The translations under genes and the position numbers were made by a program. A DNA stretch of 64,000 nucleotides, from contig OZ251232.1 in the NCBI GenBank assembly GCA_965240325.2, positions 930,001 to 994,000 on the forward strand, in the 5' to 3' direction. The notes beneath the pieces are model-generated. The model worked only from the letters and a program-made list of their open reading frames with translations. It was not told the DNA's origin and did not search any database. Below, piece by piece: positions 10,601 to 22,600 of this stretch (within the stretch, counting starts at the first letter, position 1; each line of letters begins with the position of its first letter). Origin of the DNA: Rebecca billardiae RCC1528. Its lineage: Eukaryota; Protista; Haptophyta.

Positions 10601-13600
10601 AGCCCGCCGCCACCGAGCCCGCCACCGAGCCCACCACCCAGCCCGCCACCGAGCCCACCGCCATCCCCACCACCGAGTCCGCCGCCGCCGAGCCCGCCAC
10701 CGAGCCCACCGCCGAGCCCGCCGCCGAGCCCGCCTCCGAGCCCGCCGCCGCCGAGCCCGCCGCCATCACCGCCGCCATCACCGCCGCCATCACCTCCACC
10801 GAGCCCGCCGCCAAGTCCGCCGCCGCCATCGCCGCCGCCGAGCCCGCCGCCGTCACCACCTCCCAGCCCGCCGCCCAGCCCGCCACCACCGAGCCCACCG
10901 CCGAGCCCGCCCCCCAGCCCACCACCGAGCCCACCGCCAAGCCCGCCACCGCCACCGAGCCCGCCACCGTCTCCGCCGCCGTCCCCGCCGCCGTCCCCGC
11001 CGCCCAGTCCACCGCCACCCAGCCCGCCGCCCAGCCCACCACCACCAAGCCCGCCGCCGAGCCCACCACCCAGCCCGCCACCGAGCCCACCGCCGTCCCC
11101 ACCACCGAGCCCGCCGCCGCCGAGCCCACCGCCGAGCCCACCGCCGAGCCCGCCGCCGAGCCCGCCACCGAGCCCACCGCCGCCAAGCCCGCCTCCGAGC
11201 CCACCGCCATCACCGCCGCCATCACCTCCACCGAGCCCGCCGCCAAGCCCGCCGCCGAGCCCGCCGCCGAGCCCGCCGCCTCCATCGCCACCCCCGAGTC
11301 CGCCGCCGTCACCACCTCCCAGCCCGCCGCCCAGCCCGCCACCACCGAGTCCACCACCGAGCCCACCACCGAGCCCACCGCCCAGCCCGCCGCCGAGCCC
11401 GCCACCGCCACCGAGCCCACCGCCGTCCCCGCCACCATCCCCTCCGCCGTCCCCGCCGCCCAGTCCGCCGCCGCCAAGCCCACCACCGAGCCCGCCGCCA
11501 AGTCCGCCGCCAAGCCCACCGCCGTCACCTCCACCGCCGAGCCCGCCGCCATCACCACCGCCATCACCTCCACCGAGCCCACCGCCAAGCCCGCCGCCGC
11601 CGTCACCGCCGCCGAGCCCGCCGCCAAGCCCGCCGCCGAGCCCGCCGCCGAGCCCACCGCCGCCGAGCCCGCCTCCGAGCCCGCCGCCATCACCGCCGCC
11701 ATCCCCTCCACCGAGCCCGCCGCCAAGCCCGCCGCCGAGCCCGCCGCCGAGCCCGCCGCCACCATCGCCACCACCGAGTCCGCCGCCGTCACCACCACCC
11801 AGCCCGCCGCCCAGCCCGCCACCACCGAGCCCACCGCCGAGCCCACCGCCCAGCCCACCACCGAGCCCACCGCCAAGCCCGCCACCGCCACCGAGTCCGC
11901 CGCCGTCCCCGCCGCCGTCCCCGCCGCCGTCCCCGCCGCCCAGTCCGCCGCCACCAAGCCCACCACCAAGCCCGCCGCCAAGCCCGCCGCCGAGCCCACC
12001 GCCATCCCCACCACCGAGCCCACCGCCACCAAGCCCACCACCGAGCCCACCGCCGAGCCCGCCACCGAGCCCACCGCCGTCACCTCCGCCACCAAGCCCA
12101 CCGCCGAGCCCACCGCCATCACCTCCACCGAGCCCACCGCCAAGCCCGCCGCCGCCGTCACCGCCGCCGAGCCCGCCGCCAAGCCCGCCGCCGAGCCCGC
12201 CGCCGAGCCCACCGCCGCCGAGCCCGCCTCCGAGCCCGCCGCCATCACCGCCGCCATCCCCTCCACCGAGCCCGCCGCCAAGCCCGCCGCCGAGCCCGCC
12301 GCCGAGCCCGCCGCCACCATCGCCACCACCGAGTCCGCCGCCGTCACCACCACCCAGCCCGCCGCCCAGCCCGCCACCACCGAGCCCACCGCCGAGCCCA
12401 CCGCCCAGCCCACCACCGAGCCCACCGCCAAGCCCGCCACCGCCACCGAGTCCGCCGCCGTCCCCGCCGCCGTCCCCGCCGCCGTCCCCGCCGCCCAGTC
12501 CGCCGCCACCAAGCCCACCACCAAGCCCGCCGCCAAGCCCGCCGCCGAGCCCACCGCCATCCCCACCACCGAGCCCACCGCCACCAAGCCCACCACCGAG
12601 CCCACCGCCGAGCCCGCCACCGAGCCCACCGCCGTCACCTCCGCCACCAAGCCCACCGCCGAGCCCACCGCCATCACCTCCACCGAGCCCGCCGCCGAGC
12701 CCGCCGCCGCCGTTACCGCCGCCGAGCCCACCGCCAAGCCCACCGCCAAGCCCGCCGCCGAGCCCACCGCCGCCGAGCCCGCCTCCGAGCCCGCCGCCAT
12801 CACCGCCGCCATCACCTCCACCGAGCCCGCCGCCAAGCCCGCCGCCGAGCCCGCCGCCGAGCCCACCGCCTCCATCGCCACCCCCGAGTCCGCCGCCGTC
12901 ACCACCTCCCAGCCCGCCTCCCAGCCCGCCACCACCGCTCCCACCGCCGAGCCCGCCACCCAGCCCACCGCCGAGCCCGCCGCCGAGCCCGCCACCGCCA
13001 CCGAGCCCGCCACCGTCTCCGCCGCCGTCCCCGCCACCGTCCCCGCCGCCGAGCCCGCCACCACCGAGCCCGCCGCCGAGCCCACCTCCCAGCCCGCCAC
13101 CGAGCCCACCGCCGTCCCCACCACCGAGCCCACCGCCGCCGAGCCCACCGCCGAGCCCACCGCCGAGCCCGCCGCCGAGCCCGCCGCCGAGCCCACCGCC
13201 GCCGAGCCCGCCGCCGAGCCCGCCGCCGTCACCGCCGCCATCACCGCCACCGAGCCCGCCGCCAAGCCCGCCGCCGAGCCCGCCGCCGAGCCCACCGCCT
13301 CCATCGCCACCCCCGAGTCCGCCGCCGTCACCACCACCCAGCCCGCCTCCCAGCCCGCCACCACCGCTCCCACCGCCGAGCCCGCCACCCAGCCCACCGC
13401 CGAGCCCGCCGCCGAGCCCGCCACCGCCACCGAGCCCGCCACCGTCTCCGCCGCCGTCCCCGCCACCGTCCCCGCCGCCGAGCCCGCCGCCACCGAGCCC
13501 GCCGCCGAGCCCACCTCCCAGCCCGCCACCGAGCCCACCGCCGTCCCCACCACCGAGCCCACCGCCGCCGAGCCCACCGCCGAGCCCACCGCCGAGCCCG

Positions 13601-16600
13601 CCGCCGAGCCCGCCGCCGAGCCCACCGCCGCCGAGCCCGCCGCCGAGCCCGCCGCCATCACCGCCGCCATCACCTCCACCGAGCCCGCCGCCAAGCCCGC
13701 CGCCGAGCCCGCCGCCGAGCCCACCGCCTCCATCGCCACCCCCGAGTCCGCCGCCGTCACCACCTCCCAGCCCGCCGCCCAGCCCGCCACCACCGAGCCC
13801 ACCGCCGAGCCCACCACCGAGCCCACCGCCCAGCCCGCCGCCGAGCCCGCCACCGCCACCGAGCCCACCGCCGTCCCCGCCACCATCCCCTCCGCCGTCC
13901 CCGCCGCCCAGTCCGCCGCCGCCAAGCCCACCGCCGAGCCCGCCGCCAAGCCCGCCGCCAAGCCCACCGCCGTCACCTCCACCGCCGAGCCCGCCGCCAT
14001 CACCACCGCCATCACCTCCACCGAGCCCACCGCCAAGCCCGCCGCCGCCGTCACCGCCGCCGAGCCCGCCGCCAAGCCCGCCGCCGAGCCCGCCTCCGAG
14101 CCCACCGCCGCCGAGCCCGCCTCCGAGCCCGCCGCCATCACCGCCGCCATCACCTCCACCGAGCCCGCCGCCAAGCCCGCCGCCGAGCCCGCCGCCGAGC
14201 CCACCGCCTCCATCGCCACCCCCGAGTCCGCCGCCGTCACCACCTCCCAGCCCGCCTCCCAGCCCGCCACCACCGCTCCCACCGCCGAGCCCGCCACCCA
14301 GCCCACCGCCGAGCCCGCCGCCGAGCCCGCCACCGCCACCGAGCCCGCCACCGTCTCCGCCGCCGTCCCCGCCACCGTCCCCGCCGCCGAGCCCGCCACC
14401 ACCGAGCCCGCCGCCGAGCCCACCTCCCAGCCCGCCACCGAGCCCACCGCCGTCCCCACCACCGAGCCCACCGCCGCCGAGCCCACCGCCGAGCCCACCG
14501 CCGAGCCCGCCGCCGAGCCCGCCGCCGAGCCCACCGCCGCCGAGCCCGCCGCCGAGCCCGCCGCCATCACCGCCGCCATCACCTCCACCGAGCCCGCCGC
14601 CAAGCCCGCCGCCGAGCCCGCCGCCGAGCCCGCCGCCTCCATCGCCACCCCCGAGTCCGCCGCCGTCACCACCACCCAGCCCGCCGCCCAGCCCGCCACC
14701 ACCGAGCCCACCGCCAAGCCCGCCACCCAGCCCACCACCGAGCCCGCCGCCAAGCCCGCCACCGCCACCGAGCCCGCCACCGTCTCCACCACCGTCCCCG
14801 CCACCGTCCCCGCCGCCCAGCCCGCCACCACCGAGCCCGCCTCCGAGCCCACCACCCAGCCCGCCACCGAGCCCACCGCCGTCCCCACCTCCGAGCCCGC
14901 CGCCGCCGAGCCCGCCGCCGAGCCCACCGCCGAGCCCGCCGCCGAGCCCGCCGCCGAGCCCACCGCCGCCGAGCCCGCCTCCGAGCCCGCCGCCCAGTCC
15001 ACCGCCGAGCCCGCCGCCGAGCCCGCCGCCACCATCGCCGCCTCCGAGTCCGCCGCCGTCACCGCCACCCAGCCCGCCGCCCAGCCCGCCACCACCGAGC
15101 CCACCGCCGAGCCCGCCACCGAGCCCACCGCCCAGCCCACCGCCAAGCCCGCCACCGCCACCGAGCCCGCCACCGTCTCCGCCGCCGTCCCCGCCACCGT
15201 CCCCGCCGCCCAGCCCGCCGCCACCGAGCCCGCCTCCGAGCCCACCACCCAGCCCGCCACCGAGCCCACCGCCGTCCCCACCGCCGAGCCCGCCGCCGCC
15301 GAGCCCGCCGCCGAGCCCGCCGCCGAGCCCGCCGCCGAGCCCGCCGCCGAGCCCGCCGCCGCCGAGCCCGCCGCCGAGCCCGCCGCCGAGCCCGCCGCCG
15401 AGCCCGCCGCCCAGCCCGCCGCCGAGTCCGCCGCCGAGCCCGCCGCCGAGCCCGCCGCCTCCATCGCCACCTCCGAGTCCGCCGCCGTCACCACCTCCCA
15501 GCCCGCCGCCCAGCCCGCCACCACCGAGCCCACCGCCAAGCCCGCCACCCAGCCCACCACCGAGCCCGCCGCCAAGCCCGCCACCGCCGCCGAGCCCGCC
15601 ACCGTCTCCACCACCGTCCCCGCCACCGTCCCCGCCGCCCAGCCCGCCACCACCGAGCCCGCCTCCGAGCCCACCACCCAGCCCGCCACCAAGCCCACCG
15701 CCGTCCCCACCTCCGAGCCCGCCGCCGCCGAGCCCACCGCCGAGCCCACCGCCGAGCCCGCCGCCGAGCCCGCCGCCGAGCCCACCGCCGCCGAGCCCGC
15801 CGCCGAGCCCGCCGCCATCACCGCCGCCATCACCTCCACCGAGCCCGCCGCCAAGCCCGCCGCCGCCATCACCGCCGCCGAGCCCGCCACCGAGCCCACC
15901 GCCGTCCCCTCCGCCGAGTCCACCGCCGCCGAGCCCACCTCCGAGCCCGCCGCCGAGCCCGCCGCCGAGCCCGCCGCCGAGCCCACCGCCGCCGAGCCCG
16001 CCGCCGAGCCCGCCGCCATCACCGCCGCCATCGCCTCCACCCAGCCCGCCGCCAAGCCCACCGCCGAGCCCGCCGCCGAGCCCGCCGCCTCCATCGCCAC
16101 CCCCGAGTCCGCCGCCGTCACCACCTCCCAGCCCGCCGCCCAGCCCGCCACCACCGAGCCCACCGCCGAGCCCGCCACCCAGCCCACCACCGAGCCCGCC
16201 GCCAAGCCCGCCACCGCCACCGAGCCCGCCACCGTCTCCACCGCCGTCCCCGCCGCCGTCCCCGCCGCCCAGCCCGCCACCACCGAGCCCGCCTCCGAGC
16301 CCACCACCCAGCCCGCCACCGAGCCCACCGCCGTCCCCTCCACCGAGCCCGCCGCCGCCGAGCCCACCGCCGAGCCCACCGCCGAGCCCGCCGCCGAGCC
16401 CGCCCCCGAGCCCACCGCCCCCGAGCCCGCCGCCGAGCCCGCCGCCATCACCGCCGCCATCACCTCCACCGAGCCCGCCGCCAAGCCCGCCGCCGCCATC
16501 ACCGCCGCCGAGCCCGCCACCGAGCCCACCGCCGTCCCCACCACCGAGCCCACCGCCGCCGAGCCCACCGCCGAGCCCGCCGCCGAGCCCGCCGCCGAGC

Positions 16601-19600
16601 CCGCCGCCGAGCCCACCGCCGCCGAGCCCGCCGCCGAGCCCGCCGCCATCACCGCCGCCATCACCTCCACCGAGCCCGCCGCCAAGCCCACCGCCGAGCC
16701 CGCCGCCGAGCCCGCCGCCTCCATCGCCACCGCCGAGTCCGCCGCCGTCACCACCACCCAGCCCGCCGCCCAGCCCGCCACCACCGAGCCCACCACCGAG
16801 CCCGCCACCCAGCCCACCACCGAGCCCGCCGCCAAGCCCGCCACCGCCACCGAGCCCGCCACCGTCTCCACCGCCGTCCCCGCCGCCGTCCCCGCCGCCC
16901 AGCCCACCACCGCCGAGCCCACCGCCGAGCCCCCCACCCAGCCCGCCACCGAGCCCACCGCCGTCCCCACCACCGAGCCCGCCGCCGCCGAGCCCACCGC
17001 CGAGCCCACCGCCGAGCCCGCCGCCGAGCCCGCCCCCGAGCCCACCGCCGCCGAGCCCGCCTCCGAGCCCGCCACCCAGTCCGCCGCCTTCGCCGCCGCC
17101 GCCGTCGCCACCTCCGTCCCCGCCCCCGAGCCCACCCCCGAGCCCTCCGCCAAGCCCGCCGCCTCCATCACCACCGCCAAGTCCACCCCCGAGTCCGCCT
17201 CCATCACCGCCACCCAGCCCGCCGCCGCCCTCCCCACCACCGTCACCTCCGCCATCACCTCCGCCTTCGCCACCACCGAGCCCTCCGCCTCCCAGCCCGC
17301 CGCCCTCGCCGCCGCCGAGCCCGCCACCTTCGCCACCCCCGAGCCCGCCGCCACCAAGCCCACCGCCGAGCCCACCGCCGAGCCCACCGCCAAGCCCGCC
17401 ACCGCCACCAAGCCCACCCCCGTCCCCGCCACCGTCCCCGCCGCCATCCCCGCCGCCAAGTCCGCCGCCACCTAGCCCACCACCAAGCCCGCCGCCAAGC
17501 CCGCCGCCGAGCCCACCGCCGTCACCTCCGCCGCCGAGCCCGCCGCCATCACCACCGCCATCACCTCCACCGAGCCCACCGCCAAGCCCGCCGCCGCCAT
17601 CTCCGCCGCCGAGCCCGCCGCCATCACCGCCGCCAAGCCCGCCGCCGAGCCCGCCGCCGAGCCCGCCGCCGAGCCCGCCGCCATCACCGCCGCCGAGCCC
17701 GCCACCGCCGAGCCCGCCGCCGAGCCCACCGCCGAGCCCACCGCCGAGCCCACCGCCGAGCCCACCGCCGAGCCCACCGCCGAGCCCACCGCCGAGCCCT
17801 CCACCGCCACCAAGCCCACCCCCGTCCCCGCCACCGTCCCCGCCGCCGTCCCCGCCGCCAAGTCCGCCGCCACCTAGCCCACCACCAAGCCCGCCGCCAA
17901 GCCCGCCGCCGAGCCCACCGCCGTCACCTCCGCCACCGAGCCCGCCGCCATCACCACCGCCATCACCTCCACCGAGCCCACCGCCAAGCCCGCCACCGCC
18001 ATCACCGCCGCCGAGCCCGCCGCCATCACCGCCGCCAAGCCCACCGCCGAGCCCACCGCCGAGCCCGCCGCCGAGCCCACCGCCGTCACCTCCGCCGCCG
18101 AGCCCGCCGCCATCACCACCGCCATCACCTCCACCGAGCCCACCGCCAAGCCCGCCGCCGCCATCACCGCCGCCGAGCCCGCCGCCATCACCGCCGCCAA
18201 GCCCACCGCCGAGCCCGCCGCCGAGCCCGCCGCCGAGCCCGCCGCCATCACCGCCGCCGAGCCCGCCACCGCCGAGCCCGCCGCCGAGCCCGCCGCCGAG
18301 CCCGCCGCCGAGCCCACCGCCGAGCCCGCCACCGAGCCCACCGCCGAGCCCACCGCCGAGCCCTCCACCGCCGTGCCCGCCGCCGAGCCCGCCGCCATCA
18401 CCGCCGCCATCACCGCCGCCGAGCCCGCCGCCGAGCCCGCCGCCGAGCCCGCCGCCGCGCCCGCCACCAAGCCCGCCACCCTCGCCGCCGCCCTCGCCGC
18501 CGCCCTCGCCGCCGCCCTCGCCGCCGCCCTCGCCGCCGCCCCCACCGCCCCCTTCGCCGCCTCCCTCGCCGCCCCCCTCGCCGCCGCCGAGCCCACCGCC
18601 ATTTCCACCGCCAAGCCCGCCACCCAGTCCACCGCCGTCCCCACCACCGAGCCCACCGCCATCGCCGCCACCATCACCACCGCCCTCTCCGCCGCCGCGC
18701 CCACCGCCATCCCCGCCTCCTTCGCCACCTCCGAGCCCGCCACCACCCACAGGCCCGCCAAGTCCCCCACCTTCGCCGCCACCGAGCCCTCCTCCCTCAC
18801 CTCCGCCGCCCTCGCCTCCGCCGAGCCCGCCACCGAGCCCGCCGCCGGGCCCGCCGCCGAGCCCGCCGCCGAGCCCGCCGCCGAGCCCGCCGCCGAGCCC
18901 GCCGCCGAGCCCGCCGCCGAGCCCGCCGCCGAGCCCGCCGCCGAGCCCGCCGCCAAGCCCGCCGCCAAGCCCGCCGCCAAGCCCGCCGCCCGCGCCGCCA
19001 CCCTCGCCGCCGCCCTCACCGCCGCCCTCACCGCCTCCACCGCCGCCGCCCTCACCGCCGCCGAGCCCACCGCCATCTCCTCCGCCCAGCCCGCCGCCCA
19101 GCCCACCGCCCAGCCCACCGCCCGGCCCACCACCGAGCCCGCCGCCGAGCCCGCCGCCGAGCCCGCCGCCAAGCCCGCCGCCAAGCCCGCCGCCAAGCCC
19201 GCCGCCCTTGCCGCCACCCTCGCCGCCGCCCTCGCCACCGCCATCACCGCCGCCCCCGCCGCCGCCCTCGCCGCCGCCCTCGCCGCCGCCCTCGCCGCCG
19301 CCGAGCCCACCGCCATTTCCTCCGCCAAGCCCGCCGCCAAGCCCGCCGCCAAGCCCGCCGCCCGCGCCACCGCCCTCGCCGCCGCCCTCGCCGCCGCCCT
19401 CACCGCCGCCACCGCCACCACCGTCACCGCCGCCGAGCCCACCGCCGTCTCCTCCGCCCAGCCCGCCACCAAGCCCACCACCAAGCCCGCCACCAAGCCC
19501 GCCGCCGAGCCCGCCACCGAGCCCGCCACCGTCAATTCCACCACCATTTTCACCTCCAAGCCCACCGCCGTCACCACCACCACCCTCGCCACCTCCAAGC

Positions 19601-22600
19601 CCGCCTCCGCCATCGCCACCGCCTTCCCCGCCGCCAAGCCCGCCGCCGTCTCCACCGCCGAGCCCACCGCCGAGTCCACCACCAAGCCCACCGCCATCTC
19701 CACCGCCGAGCCCGCCGCCAATCCCACCACCAAGCCCGCCGCCATCACCACCGCCAAGCCCGCCGCCACCGAGCCCGCCTCCAAGCCCTCCTCCATCGTC
19801 GCCTTTCCCGCCGCCGAGCCCGCCTCCTCCGAGCCCACCACCTAGCCCACCTCCGCCGAGCCCGCCACCGAGCCCGCCCCCAGAATCACCCTCTCCTCCG
19901 CCAAGCCCACCGCCGCCGTCGCCCCCGCCGCCGCTCGCCGGCTGCATCGACCCCATCGCTGAGAACTACAACTCGATGGCGTACGGCTGCTCGCCCACCG
20001 AGCCCTCGTGCTGCGCATACCCCGTCTTCGGCTGCACCGACTCGGAGGCCACCAACTACCGCCCGGCCGCGACGCAGCAGGGCGACATCGTCTGCGTCTA
20101 CGCCGTCCTGGGCTGCACCGACTCGTGGGCGGCCGACTACAACTCGCTCGCAGACACGTACAGCAGCTGCCAGCCATACACGCTGGGCTGCACGGACACG
20201 GTCGCGCTCAACTTCGACAACGCGGCGGACACAAACGACGGCTCGTGCGAGTACAACATCGCCGGGTGCACGGTCTCCACCGCGTGCAACTACAACTCGC
20301 TCGCCACGGTCTTCTCGTCGTGCGACTTCAGCTGCCGCGGCTGCACCGACCCCGCTGCCTCCAACTACGACAGCGCCAAGTCGCTCGACGACGGCAGCTG
20401 CGTCTACCCCGGCTGCACGAACACGGGCGCGGACAACTACGACTCGACGGCGAGCCAGCTGCTGCAGGGCTCGTGCGTGTTTCCACGCGTCGGCTGCACG
20501 GACTCGCGCGCGACCAACTACGACTCGCTCGCCGCTGTGGACAGCGGCCAGTGTGTCATCTTTGGCTGCAACGTCCCCACGGCCCTCAACTACAACTCGG
20601 AAGCGACGGCCAACGACGGCAACTGCGCGTACGGCGTGCTTGGCTGCACCGACCCGACGGCCTCCAACTTCCGCTCGGACGCCACCGTGGACAGCGGCGG
20701 CTGCACCTACGACGTGGCTGGGTGCAGCGTGACCAGCGCCAGCAACTACGATTCGAGTGCGACGGTGTATGACGGCACGTGCGAGTACGCGCAGCTCAAG
20801 TGCAACGTCGAGGGCAGCCTGAACTACGACTCGTCCGCCAGCCCGGCGGAGAGCGACGCGTCCATCTGCATCCCGTACATCACCGGCTGCCGCAACTCGC
20901 TCGCGACGAACTACAACTCGCTGGCGACGGTGCAGCTCAGCGCGTCCGACTGCACGCTGCCGCGCCCAGGCTGCCGCGACCCGACGGCGATCAACTACAA
21001 CTCGCTCGCCAACACGGACGCGGTTCCGGACACGTGCGTGCAAGTGGTGCTGGGCTGCACGGACCCGACCGCGCTCAACTACAACTCGCTCGCCAACACG
21101 CTGCTCGCAGGCTCGTGCACGCAAGCCGTGCTCGGCTGCACGGACACGGGCGCGCTCAACTACCGCTCGGACGCCAACGTCAACCAGGGCTGCATCCAGC
21201 CATCTCTGGGCTGCATGGGGCCTCACGCGCTCAACTACGACTCGTCCGCCACCGTCGACGACGGCAACTGCGTCTTCGCCGTGCTCGGCTGCCGGGACGC
21301 CTCCGCGCTCAACTACAATCCGCTGGCCACTGTGAGCGACGGCTCGTGCGTCCTCCCCGTGTCCGGCTGCATCGCAACGCGCGCGCTCAACTACAACTCG
21401 CTGGCCAACGTGGATGACAAGAGCTGCACGTTCCCGGTGTTCGGCTGCACCGACTCGACCGCGCTCAACTACCGCCCCGCCGCCACCGAGAACCAGGGCT
21501 GCATCCCGGCGTACCGCGGCTGCACGGCGAAGAACGCGCTCAACTACAACCCCACGGCCAACGCGGACGACGGCAGCTGCATCGCCAAGGTGTTTGGCTG
21601 CACCAAGACGAGCGCAAGCAACTACAACTCGCTGGCGAACGTCGAGTTCGCCGCGTCGACGTGCGTGATCGCCGGCTGCATGGACGTCACCGCGCAGAAC
21701 TTCAACCCTTTCGCTACCGTCGACGGCAAGAATTGCGTGCCGCACGTGGTCGGCTGCACCGACCCGACGGCCAACAACTACGTCACCACCGCCACGCGGT
21801 CTGGCCCGTGCTCGTACAAGGGCTGCACCAACTCGAACGCGATCAACTACGACCCGATCGCGGCCTTCAACGACGGCAGCTGCCAGTTTGCGTACTCGCG
21901 TGGCGTCGTGCAGATCGTCGCGCAGCGCCGTTCGTGCGTCATCAAGGCGGTGCAAGCCAACGGCGCCGTCGTGGGCACAGCCGTCTCCTCCGTGAACGGC
22001 GCCTATGAGCTGCTGTACACCAACAGCGACGCCGCGCTGCGCATCGAGCCGCAGGCGCAGTGCCGCGACACATTGAGCGGGACGTCTCTCACGTACACGC
22101 TGCGCGCACCGCTCGTCTCCAGGGCGATCACGCCGCTCACCACGATGTACATGTACATGCAGGATTTGGACTCTCCGCCGAGCAACCCGCAGGCCGAGCT
22201 GCGCCGCTGCTTCGAGCTCGCGTCCACCGTCAACATCCTCACCTACCGCCCCATGCAGCGGTACCTGGCCCAGGACGCGGCGTCGTACTACGTGGTTCGG
22301 GCGAGCGCGCTACTCGACGCGCTACTTAAACAGCTGGAGGCGCTCTTCCTCCCGTACACGTCGAACGCCGCCATTGAGGCCGCCGTGCTGAACGAGGCCA
22401 TTTCGCTGTGCGTCGGGAGCAGCGGTGAGATCGTGTCGACTTTGACGGACACGACGGCTATGACCACCCTGGTCAAGTCGGCACGCGATGCTCTCGGGCT
22501 GACGCTGACCAGTGGACCGTCCAACCCCGTGCTCAACAACGCAGGCGAGCAGTACGCCACCCGCGCCGCCGAGCTCGTTGTCGTGTGGACTCCGCCCGCC

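Noticed and set aside
9241-19956. 3571-aa Gly-rich and 2494-aa Ala-rich ORFs on the - strand
   Set aside because: Antisense shadows of gene B's stalk.
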